Of a stretch of 62,323 nt of DNA, positions 10,007 to 18,700 are shown piece by piece (within the stretch, counting starts at the first letter, position 1; each line of letters opens with the position of its first letter). The position numbers and the translations under genes are program-made. The stretch lies in the NCBI GenBank assembly GCA_016212005.1, contig JACRHP010000052.1, positions 1 through 62,323 of the forward strand, written 5' to 3'. This DNA is from Candidatus Omnitrophota bacterium (GTDB lineage: Bacteria > Omnitrophota > Gorgyraeia > Zapsychrales > Zapsychraceae). Under the pieces are notes generated by a model, which saw nothing but the letters and a program-made list of their open reading frames with translations, searched no databases and was not told where the DNA came from.

Positions 10007-10723
10007 ATGAAGGTACCCGAGTTAAACTTCTCCATACAAAAACGGCTGTTAAAATGCTTGGCTGGCAAACTGGGCCATTATTACCTGGTTGGCGGGACTG
10101 CTTTGTCGCTTTATTATTTCCAACACAGAGAATCGCATGATCTGGATTTTTTTACGAAATCTTTCTCCGCGAAAGAAATCACTGAAGCCATTGGTTATCT
10201 TCAAGAAAAACACAACATAAAAACGGAATTGGTTGCTCAAAAAATGGGGAACAAATTCGCCAAAATCATGACGTATATGTTGACGGACAAAAAGGGAAAG
10301 GCCTGCAAAATCGATTTCGTGGAAGATTTTGTGGAGCTCGTTCAACCGATGAGGGAAATTGACGGCATCCGCGTTGTTTCTCTGGAAGATATCTACTTAA
10401 GGAAGCTTTATGCCGTGGCCGGCCATACAGCGTCACAAAACGATGTCGGCCAACATGTCACCATCGGAGGCCGCCAGGAAGCCAAAGATTTTTATGACCT
10501 CTATTGCCTCTCCAGTATCTCAACGCCTCTGTCCAAATTTGTCGCGCGCTACGGGACGGCAACCGTCAAGGAAGGCCTGGTCCGCTGGTATCGCACGTTT
10601 GACCGGATGGTCATAAAAACGGGCCTGCTGGATTTGGTCACGGAGAAAACCGTTGATTTCCGCCGGATGGACCAGCATTTTAAGAATGAAGTGGACGCCC
10701 TTTTGTCAGAGGAAGTCAGATGA
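10007..10723 (+). CDS. AbiEii-family nucleotidyltransferase
   Basis: LVGGTALS, HRESHDLDFF and KDFYDLY motifs. Confidence 0.8.
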   Translation: MKVPELNFSIQKRLLKCLAGKLGHYYLVGGTALSLYYFQHRESHDLDFFTKSFSAKEITEAIGYLQEKHNIKTELVAQKMGNKFAKIMTYMLTDKKGKACKIDFVEDFVELVQPMREIDGIRVVSLEDIYLRKLYAVAGHTASQNDVGQHVTIGGRQEAKDFYDLYCLSSISTPLSKFVARYGTATVKEGLVRWYRTFDRMVIKTGLLDLVTEKTVDFRRMDQHFKNEVDALLSEEVR

Positions 10724-11259
10724 CGAGAAAAACAACGGATTGGCTGTGGGACCGGAACATCCCCCCCCAAGAAATTAGGAATATCCTGACCGATGAGCGG
10801 CATCCGAAGTTTACCGAACTTGCCGCGCTTCTTTTGGCCAGAAAGAATGTGCCGAAAGAAGTTTTTGAAGACTACCTTTCCAGGGAGACCTTTGTCCGTA
10901 ACTGGCCGCGCGTCAAAAAAAGAATGCGGCAGGACAAATGGACTGAAGACAGGATTATCTTCTGGCAGGCCATCTATGAAAAAGTGACGGAAATATTCAA
11001 AAAAAAAGGCATCGCCGTCCGGCCCCTCAAAACAATTCCCCCGGGAGATGAACTGTTCCGGGATGTGGGAGATCAGATCAAAAACTTACGCAAACAAGCC
11101 GGTTTAACACAAAGCGGTCTGGCTCAAAAACTCGACGTGTCTCAACAGGTCATTTCACGCGTTGAGAGCGGCCGCGGTAATGTCAGCCTTTTGACCATTA
11201 AACAAATCGTTGGAGCGCTGGGCCATAAAGCGATGGTCCAGTTCGCGCCTCAATCATGA
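10720..11259 (+). CDS. Putative antitoxin with C-terminal XRE HTH
   Basis: N-terminal WLWD motif; LRKQAGLTQSGLAQKLDVSQQVISRVESG; ATGA-coupled to the toxin gene. Confidence 0.75.
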   Translation: MTRKTTDWLWDRNIPPQEIRNILTDERHPKFTELAALLLARKNVPKEVFEDYLSRETFVRNWPRVKKRMRQDKWTEDRIIFWQAIYEKVTEIFKKKGIAVRPLKTIPPGDELFRDVGDQIKNLRKQAGLTQSGLAQKLDVSQQVISRVESGRGNVSLLTIKQIVGALGHKAMVQFAPQS

Positions 11260-12416
11260 CCCTCACATTCTGGCTCCTGATATCGCTCACGCTTTACTGC
11301 TACTTCGTCTACCCGCTGCTGTTGTGGCTCGTCGCGCGGTTACGGCCAAACCCTGTCCGAAAGGGGAGTTATGAACCAAAGATCTCCGTCGTCCTCTCGG
11401 TCTGGAACGAAGCTGATGTTATAGAAGGGAAGCTCCGGAACCTTTTGTCCCTCGATTACCCAAAAGACAAGATGGAGGTCCTCATCGGTTCGGACGGTTC
11501 CACCGATCAAACGGCCTCGATCGTCCGCGGGTTCAACGACCCGCGGGTCCATTTGATCGAACGGCCGCAGCGCCGTGGCAAAATGGCGACCTTGAACGAA
11601 CTGGTCTTCACGGCCCAAAACGACATCGTCGTTTTTTGCGACGCGCGCCAAGCCTTCGCCTCTGACGCCATCAGGGAATTGGTGGCCAATTTCTTCGATC
11701 CCAAGGTCGGCTGCGTGAGCGGCGAACTTATCTTTCAAAAGGAGGAGGAAGAAGAGGGCGCTACGGCCAAAGGTGTTGGCCTGTACTGGAACTACGAAAA
11801 GTTTATCCGCAAACAGGAAAGCCGGGTCCATTCCATGCTCGGGGCAACCGGGGCCATTTATGCTATCCGCAGGGAATTATTTGTCTCGATCCCGACCCGC
11901 ATCGTACTGGATGACATGTATATACCTTTACAAATTATCCGCAAAGGCTATCGGGCGGTCTTTGATGGATCCGCCAAAGCCTGCGATCACGCCGCCGACA
12001 GCCCGCGCGAAGAGCACCGCCGCAAGACCCGCACGCTCTTCGGAAATTATCAAATATTTGGGCTCTTTCCGGATTTGTTTAATCCCTTGCACAGCCCGGT
12101 CGCTATCCAGTTATTCTCACATAAACTATTGCGGGTGCTGATACCGTTATTTTTAATTTTTCTATTCATCCTGAATCTGCTCTTATCCGGCAGACCGTTA
12201 TACCAAACCATGCTTTATCTGCAAATTACATTTTACGGTATGGCCGCAACAGGGGCCTTGTCAAGATACCAAAAGCATGGTATCTTTAACCTCATATCTA
12301 AAGTCTGTTATATACCGTATGTCTTTTGCTTACTAAACTTTTCAGCGCTGATAGGAACATTGCGGTTCTTTGGCTCAAAACAGGAAGTCACATGGCAAAA
12401 AGCTCGCGAGAAATAA
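11256..12416 (+). CDS. GT2 family membrane glycosyltransferase
   Basis: SDGSTD, RGK, FCDA, GAIYAIRR, LDD; N- and C-terminal TM helices. Confidence 0.9.
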   Translation: MTLTFWLLISLTLYCYFVYPLLLWLVARLRPNPVRKGSYEPKISVVLSVWNEADVIEGKLRNLLSLDYPKDKMEVLIGSDGSTDQTASIVRGFNDPRVHLIERPQRRGKMATLNELVFTAQNDIVVFCDARQAFASDAIRELVANFFDPKVGCVSGELIFQKEEEEEGATAKGVGLYWNYEKFIRKQESRVHSMLGATGAIYAIRRELFVSIPTRIVLDDMYIPLQIIRKGYRAVFDGSAKACDHAADSPREEHRRKTRTLFGNYQIFGLFPDLFNPLHSPVAIQLFSHKLLRVLIPLFLIFLFILNLLLSGRPLYQTMLYLQITFYGMAATGALSRYQKHGIFNLISKVCYIPYVFCLLNFSALIGTLRFFGSKQEVTWQKAREK

Positions 12417-13240
12417 AAGCAATCCGGAACCAAATAAAATCACACCCCCAGGAATTTTTGCTGGCAGGGATGTTCATCCTCACCTACATCCCGACCTTTT
12501 TGTGGATGTGGGACAGGTGGTTCGCCCGCGACTCCTACTACAGCCACGGGATCCTGGTCCCGTTTGTCAGCGGATATCTCATCTGGCAGATGCGCGATGA
12601 ACTCGCGCGGATCAAGCCAAAGCGTTCACCGCTGGGCATGCCGCTAATCGTTACAGGACTCTTTATCCACGTCATCAGCTCGCTTTTCCGCGTCTATTTT
12701 ACTTCCGGGTTTTCCATGATCATAGTCCTGGCGGGTGTCATCCTTTTTCTGTACGGCACAACCACATTCAAAAAAATCTTGTTTCCCCTGGGATTCCTCG
12801 TTTTTATGATGCCGGTCCCCCTGGTCGTCATTGCCAATATCAGCTTTAAAATGAAGATCCTTGCCGCGCAGATCGCCACCGCCCTTCTCAACAACATGGG
12901 GTTGCCCGCCCTGCGCGAAGGGAGCATCATCAAAATGCACCATGCCTATGTCATTGTCGACGATATCTGCAGCGGCCTGCGTTCCCTGATTTCCCTGATG
13001 GCCCTGGGCAGCATTTTCGCGTACTGGATGAAGGGGCCCATGCTCAAACGGGTCATCCTGTTCTGCGCGACGGTCCCCATCGCCGTCATCACCAATGTCT
13101 GCCGGATCATCTTTCTGTCGTTTATTTCCGAAGTCTGGGGGCCGCAATACGCGACAGGGTTTGTCCATGACTTCTCGGGATTTATGCTCTTCGCCATCGC
13201 GTTCGCACTTTTGTACGCGGTGGGAAAAATCCTTGAATAG
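12392..13240 (+). CDS. xrt: Exosortase (EpsH family)
   Basis: Multi-TM protein; YYSHG, catalytic-type C (DICSGLRS), R (NVCRI) and H (VHD); followed by EpsI. Start uncertain. Confidence 0.9.
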   Translation: MAKSSREIKAIRNQIKSHPQEFLLAGMFILTYIPTFLWMWDRWFARDSYYSHGILVPFVSGYLIWQMRDELARIKPKRSPLGMPLIVTGLFIHVISSLFRVYFTSGFSMIIVLAGVILFLYGTTTFKKILFPLGFLVFMMPVPLVVIANISFKMKILAAQIATALLNNMGLPALREGSIIKMHHAYVIVDDICSGLRSLISLMALGSIFAYWMKGPMLKRVILFCATVPIAVITNVCRIIFLSFISEVWGPQYATGFVHDFSGFMLFAIAFALLYAVGKILE

Positions 13241-13248
13241 GTACTAAA

Positions 13249-13266
13249 GGCACGGCATGCCGTGCC
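13249..13266. repeat. Second, degenerate REP-like palindrome
   Basis: GGCACGGCATGCCGTGCC; same core as 8256-8283. Confidence 0.75.
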
Positions 13267-13272
13267 CCTGCG

Positions 13273-13926
13273 ATGAAAAATATGCAAAACAAAATTTTCG
13301 ACAAATCTTCTCTTATGATAGCTTTTCTTTTCCTCGTATCCGCCGCGATTTCCTGGCAGCTCTACTTTAAAGTCTACAGCCAGAAAGATACCGTGAGCAT
13401 CCATACGTTCCCCAAAGAGATTGCAGGATGGACTGCCGAAGAATTACCCATTACTGACAGAGAAAAGGCTATCCTGGAAACAGACAACGTTTTTGCCAGA
13501 CGCTACACAAATGTGAAGGGAGAAGAAGTCGTCCTGTTCATTGTTTATTCCCAAAATAACCGCAAGGTTTCTCATCCGCCCGAGGTCTGTTACACCGGAA
13601 GCGGGGCGACCATTTTAAGCAATGTCCATGACTCCTTTCCGGCCGGATCAACGGCCGGTGACATCCGCGTTAACCGCGTAGCCGTGGAACAAGGCCGCCG
13701 AAACCAAATATTTTTTTACTGGTTCAAGGTAGGGGATACATTTACGTCTAACTACTGGAAACAACAAGGGCTTATCGCTCTGAAATCGTTCCGCGGCCAG
13801 CCCTCCAGCAGCGCGCTGGTCCGCATTTCCATAGACAGCGCCAACCCCGAAGACCCGCAGGCCATCAAACGCCTAAAAAAATTTGGCCAGTTAATCCTGC
13901 CGCTTCTTAATCAGTATCTTCCCTAA
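13273..13926 (+). CDS. epsI: Exosortase-associated EpsI family protein
   Basis: FPKEIAGW, HPPEVCYTGSG, YWF and ALVRIS motifs; directly after exosortase. Confidence 0.85.
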   Translation: MKNMQNKIFDKSSLMIAFLFLVSAAISWQLYFKVYSQKDTVSIHTFPKEIAGWTAEELPITDREKAILETDNVFARRYTNVKGEEVVLFIVYSQNNRKVSHPPEVCYTGSGATILSNVHDSFPAGSTAGDIRVNRVAVEQGRRNQIFFYWFKVGDTFTSNYWKQQGLIALKSFRGQPSSSALVRISIDSANPEDPQAIKRLKKFGQLILPLLNQYLP

Positions 13927-13935
13927 AACAACGCA

Positions 13936-14976
13936 ATGGAAAATCAAAAAGAAAATTTAGAAAAAGCCGCCTCAATTCTTGCAAAGGACTTATTGTGTCT
14001 TAAGGAAGGAGAGAAACTGTTTATTTATGTGGACCGGGGAAGTGATTTGGCGGTGGCACAAAGCGTTCAAAATTATGCCGGAAAAACAGGTGTCCAGACA
14101 GAGCTGTACAAATTAAATGACCGTCTGGAGTTTCCCGAGAAGTTAAATGAGCTTACCGCCAAAATTGAAAGTGAACATTATGATGCGATCTGTGAGCTTT
14201 CGGAAGAATATTTCTATCCGACAATCGCCTGGAAGAAAGCGTTGGAGCGAAAAGCCCGCATTTATTCTCTGGCGGGAATGGATGCGCAGAGTTTCATCCG
14301 CTGTATCGGAGAAGTCGATCATGAGTCAATGTTCCGGCTTGGAACAAAATTGAATCAACGGTTAAAGGCGGCCAAAACGATTCATATCCGCACGGCCAAA
14401 GGGACAGACATAAAGTTTCGCATACAGGCGCGGATGAACCGTATATTACGGTCGCTATTGAAATCCATGAAAAAAGAGCTGTCCTATGTCATGGCCCAAT
14501 CAGGAACACCGGTACAATCGGGGCAATGTACGTTTCTGGGGGGACAGGTTGCCTTTCAGGGAATTCCGGAAACCATCGAAGGGACGGCGGTTGTTGATGG
14601 ATATTTATGGCCACCCAAAGAGGTTGGGCTGATTCAGGACCCGATTATATTGACGGTTAAAAAAGGTTACGTTACGGACATAGGCGGCTGTCCTGTGAAA
14701 TCGAAAGTTTTAAGCCAGTGGTTAAATGGAAAAAGCAAGAAGGTCAAACATTTTTGCTTGGGATTTCATCCTAACGCAAAATTATCCGGAGGACTCACCG
14801 AGGCTGAAAGAGTCTACGGCAACATCACGATAGGGTTTGGTGATTATCCATTTCACACGGATGGAATCATGAATAATCCGACTATATTAGTGGATGATAA
14901 CATTATGGAACAAGACGGTTTCTTTACGCATGAAAATCTACCAGCCTTTGCAATAAAGAATCCGAATCGGGATTAG
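13936..14976 (+). CDS. M29/thermophilic metalloaminopeptidase-like protein
   Basis: GTDIKF, EGTAVVDG, LTVKKG, LGFHPNA, HTDG; several expected metal ligands look substituted. Confidence 0.6.
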   Translation: MENQKENLEKAASILAKDLLCLKEGEKLFIYVDRGSDLAVAQSVQNYAGKTGVQTELYKLNDRLEFPEKLNELTAKIESEHYDAICELSEEYFYPTIAWKKALERKARIYSLAGMDAQSFIRCIGEVDHESMFRLGTKLNQRLKAAKTIHIRTAKGTDIKFRIQARMNRILRSLLKSMKKELSYVMAQSGTPVQSGQCTFLGGQVAFQGIPETIEGTAVVDGYLWPPKEVGLIQDPIILTVKKGYVTDIGGCPVKSKVLSQWLNGKSKKVKHFCLGFHPNAKLSGGLTEAERVYGNITIGFGDYPFHTDGIMNNPTILVDDNIMEQDGFFTHENLPAFAIKNPNRD

Positions 14977-15175
14977 GTAAGCTTAATTGAAGCGTAACGA
15001 CGTGGATGCCGCACCATGGCTGGAAGATTTTGGCCGAATTATCCTTCCCTAACATATACAACAACATCTCCCCTGAATTACCATAAATTCTTTTTATACG
15101 CTAACGTATTGGGAATAAATATCTTAAGTTTATGAACAAACCACAACCGACTCATCTGAAACCGGTTGTGGAGAT

Positions 15176-15204
15176 TTGCTTTTTCGGAATTTATAGTTTA
15201 TACT
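15176..15204 (+). promoter_or_regulatory. sigma70-type promoter upstream of riboswitch 1
   Basis: TTGCTT-N17-TATACT. Confidence 0.5.
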
Positions 15205-15230
15205 TCCTTTTGGATTTGATTCAACCGCTC

Positions 15231-15385
15231 TTTTGGACGATAAAGGCAAACCCATCGTAAGGTGGGGACGCAAAGCTATCCCGACATTTCCTTCAGAAAA
15301 TATTTAGAAGGAAGTCGGGACCCCGACTGAGGCGCTGCCGAACGTCGGGGAAGGGTCCTTGAACAGGACAGCCTGGCCACCGAAA
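15231..15385 (+). ncRNA. c-di-GMP-I (GEMM) riboswitch, copy 1, with a ~72-nt insertion
   Basis: GGCAAACCCATC-GTAA-GGTGGGGACGCAAAGCTAT...AGGGTCC...CAGCCTGGCCACCGAAA. Confidence 0.8.
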
Positions 15386-15416
15386 CCAAAGTAAAATTAA
15401 AAGCACGTATAAAGTG

Positions 15417-15448
15417 GCCTGTCCGGCAGAGTGGACAGGCATTTTTTA
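15417..15448 (+). terminator. Intrinsic terminator after riboswitch 1
   Basis: GCCTGTCC/GGACAGGC stem followed by ATTTTTTA. Confidence 0.7.
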
Positions 15449-15461
15449 TGTGCGCGGCGAC

Positions 15462-15503
15462 TGCGCCCACTCTTACGAAAGCTAGAGTGGGCGCATTATT
15501 TTT
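15462..15503 (+). terminator. Second terminator-like hairpin
   Basis: TGCGCCCACTCT/AGAGTGGGCGCA 12-bp stem followed by TTATTTTT. Confidence 0.6.
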
Positions 15504-15646
15504 GAGTGAAAAATGAAAAGACGAACCAGAACAATTGACCTTAAAAACGAATTTGACGCAATGGATTCTCAAATGTTGAGCCCGTTGATCCAAATAACGG
15601 ACTCTTTTTATAGTCACATTTCGGAAAAAACCGAAATGGAAAATTC

Positions 15647-15735
15647 CCTTCAAAAAGGCAAACCCATCGCAAGATGGGGACGCAAAGCTATAGGACCCTG
15701 CACCATGCGGTACAGGGCAGCCTGGCTGCTGAAAG
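15647..15735 (+). ncRNA. c-di-GMP-I (GEMM) riboswitch, copy 2
   Basis: GGCAAACCCATC-GCAA-GATGGGGACGCAAAGCTATAGGACCC...CAGCCTGGCTGCTGAAA, running into the AAGGAG RBS of the 15745 ORF. Confidence 0.85.
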
Positions 15736-15744
15736 GAGTCTGCG

Positions 15745-18700
15745 ATGAACCGGATAAACACTCTTCGCAGTAAGATTGGTATTGTCGTTTGTTCGTTTGT
15801 GACTGCTTTGGTGATGGTCAACACTGCCCGTGCCGCCGATCTCTATGTAGAAACAGAAAGCGCGGCGACGTTAACGGCCCCGATGCAAATCGCTTCCGAT
15901 GCCACCGCCTCCGGTGGAAAATTTATTTATATCCCTAATGGCAATGGTGTGTCCTATAGCGTCCCGGGAAAAGGGACAGCTTCATATACGATCAATATCC
16001 CGCAAAACGGCACCTATGCCCTCTGGGGCAGAATTATTGCGCAATACCCAAATGATGATTCATTTTTTATTCAAGTGGATAGTGGAACCAACTACACCTG
16101 GCCCACGCCGGCTGGAAGCACCTGGCATTGGGCACGGGTGAAGGACATGTTTCATCATAGTTATGTAACGCTTTCACTTAGTGCAGGCGTACATACGATT
16201 AGCGTCAAGCACCGTGAAGACGGGGCAAAGATCGATAAATTATTTTTAACGGATGATATGGCTTTTGTGCCGAGCGGTTTAGGGGGAGACTCTGCTTCTG
16301 CCGAAGTTTGCGGCAACGGGACATTGGAGGGAACTGAACAATGCGATGATGGCAATGCCGTCAGTGGGGATGGTTGTACCGCATCCTGTACCCTTGAGAA
16401 GTGCGGGGATACGGTTGTGCAGAGCGGTTTGGGAGAAATCTGCGATGAGAACACGCAAAGTTGCACGACCTCCAATGGATACCGCGGTACGCAAACCTGC
16501 AATGCTCAATGTTCCGCCTTCAGTGCCTGTGTGAGCACCGAGTCCTGCGGGGACGGCACTGTCAACGGCAGTGAGCAATGCGACGACGCAAATACGCGCG
16601 GGGGAGATGGGTGCTCATCGGTGTGTTTGGCCGAAAGCGCACAAACCAATGATCCGGCGATATGGATTGAAACGGAAAACGCGGACAGCGTTGCCGCACC
16701 GATGGAAATTGTTGCGGACACCACGGCTTCCGGAGGGAAATTCGTCTATGTTCCCAATGGAAAGGGCACTTCCCTTAGCGTTCCGGCACCGGGCATGGCG
16801 AGTTATACAGTCACCATCCCCAAAGACGGTAACTATGTTTTATGGGGCAAGGTCATTGCGCAATATTCTAACGATGATTCCTTTTTTGTTCAGGTGGACA
16901 GCGGGACCAATTATACATGGAATACGCCGGATGGGAACACATGGCATTGGGCAAGAGTCAAGGATATGTTCCAAGGCAACATAACATTCCCATTGAGTGC
17001 CGGCGTTCATACAATCAAAGTGAAGCAACGGGAAGACGGCACTAAAATCGACCAGTTGTTTTTAACGGACGACCTGAACAGGATACCGGAGGATAATACC
17101 CCTCCACCGGCTCCGATAGTCACGGCCGCATGCGGCAACGGTGTCGTAGAATCACCCGAAGGCTGTGATGACGGTAATCTGAGTTCCGGGGATGGATGCT
17201 CAACGACCTGTACGCTGGAATCTTGCGGGGACGGCATCGTCCAGACCGGCGAGCAATGCGACGACCACAATACGATTGCCGGCGATGGATGCTCGGAAAC
17301 CTGCAAAACAGAATTCTGCGGGGACGGTATCCTGCAGACCGGCTTGGGAGAACAATGCGACAAAGCCGGCACGAGCCTGGTGTCCTGCACGACAACGACA
17401 GGATATACGGGCACGAAAACCTGCTCTGCCACCTGCACGTTTGGAACATGTGTTTCCAACGAAACTTGCGGGGACGGCATCGTCCAGTCCGTTGAGGAAT
17501 GTGACGATCATAACACGGTCAACCTTGATGGATGTTCAGCTCAATGCCTGCTGGAAAAAACAAAGGCCTCGCTCGATCAGGAAGGCATGGCGCGGGTCCA
17601 GGCATTGGAGGCGAAATTAAATAACATGACGATTGTCCCGACCCATCCGAGGATTTTCCTGAACCAGGAAAACCTCGCGGAGTTGAGATCAAAAACGGGA
17701 CAGGCGGCCTGGAACGCGGTTCTTTCCAAGGCCACCCAGAGCGACCTGATCAGCTCGGCATTGGGATATCTGATGCTGGAGCAGAGCAATCCCGGGCAGG
17801 CGCTTATTTATGCCAATAACGTATTTAATAACATCAACAATGCCACCTATGTTAACTGGTGCGCCACGGGGCAGTATGATCTAACACCTCGTATCAACGT
17901 GGCGATAGCCTCGTTGGCCTTTGACTGGGCCTATAACGGCCTGACGGAGGCCCAACGGAGTATCATCATCAATAAGCTGGCTGCCGCGGCCGATATCGTG
18001 GCCAAAAAAAAGGAAATCGATGATGGGGTGGTTCCCCAAATTGGTTCTTCCGCCTGCTATAAGAATGCGACCAAAGGCGAGACATTCCACCGGGAAGAAT
18101 GGGCATTCTACGCTTTTGAGGTTTGGCCGGAGATCGCGTTGGCCGGACATCATCCGGATGCCGAAGCGGTGTATAAAACCCGCTGGGATTATAGGTGGTA
18201 TTGGGGCGATGCCGCCCGGATGGAAGCCTATGTCAATGATGGGACTCCCTTTGAAGGGTATTATTTCGGCAATGACGGTGTATCGTGGTTCCTGCCGCTC
18301 AAGACCGCCACAGGCATCAACCTTGTTGACGGATCGGATTCGACCTGGAACAGGGACGCGGCTTATTACATGTTGTACCGTTTTGATATCGCCAACAGCC
18401 GGGAGACCATGCATAAGGGAGTAGCGACATCCAACCTGGCAACAAATTCGTTCCTGAAATCTGTTACCGATACCTGGAAATTACGTGAACATATTTCCAG
18501 AACGTTTTCCATCGGAGCGAAGAAAGACCCTTATCTGCAATGGTTTATCAACAACAAAATCGACCGGTTCTCTTCATGGTTAATGACCAACAATTATTTC
18601 GGCAGCGTCACGGCACTGTATGATGTATCAAAATTGCTGTTTTACGATGCGGCCGCCCCACAGAAAGACCCGACAACGGCGACCTATGCGGAATTGCCGT

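Noticed and set aside
3649-15020. 16-bp match GGATGCCGCACCATGG near 3649 and 15005
   Set aside because: A single 16-mer match in 62 kb is compatible with chance, and the flanks are not similar.
15276-15824. ORFs 15276..15824 (-) and 15513..15773 (+)
   Set aside because: They overlap riboswitches and terminators and show no protein features.
16300-17550. Repeats as a possible CRISPR or tandem DNA array
   Set aside because: They are degenerate protein-level Cys-rich repeats within a CDS. No CRISPR array or cas gene was seen in the window.
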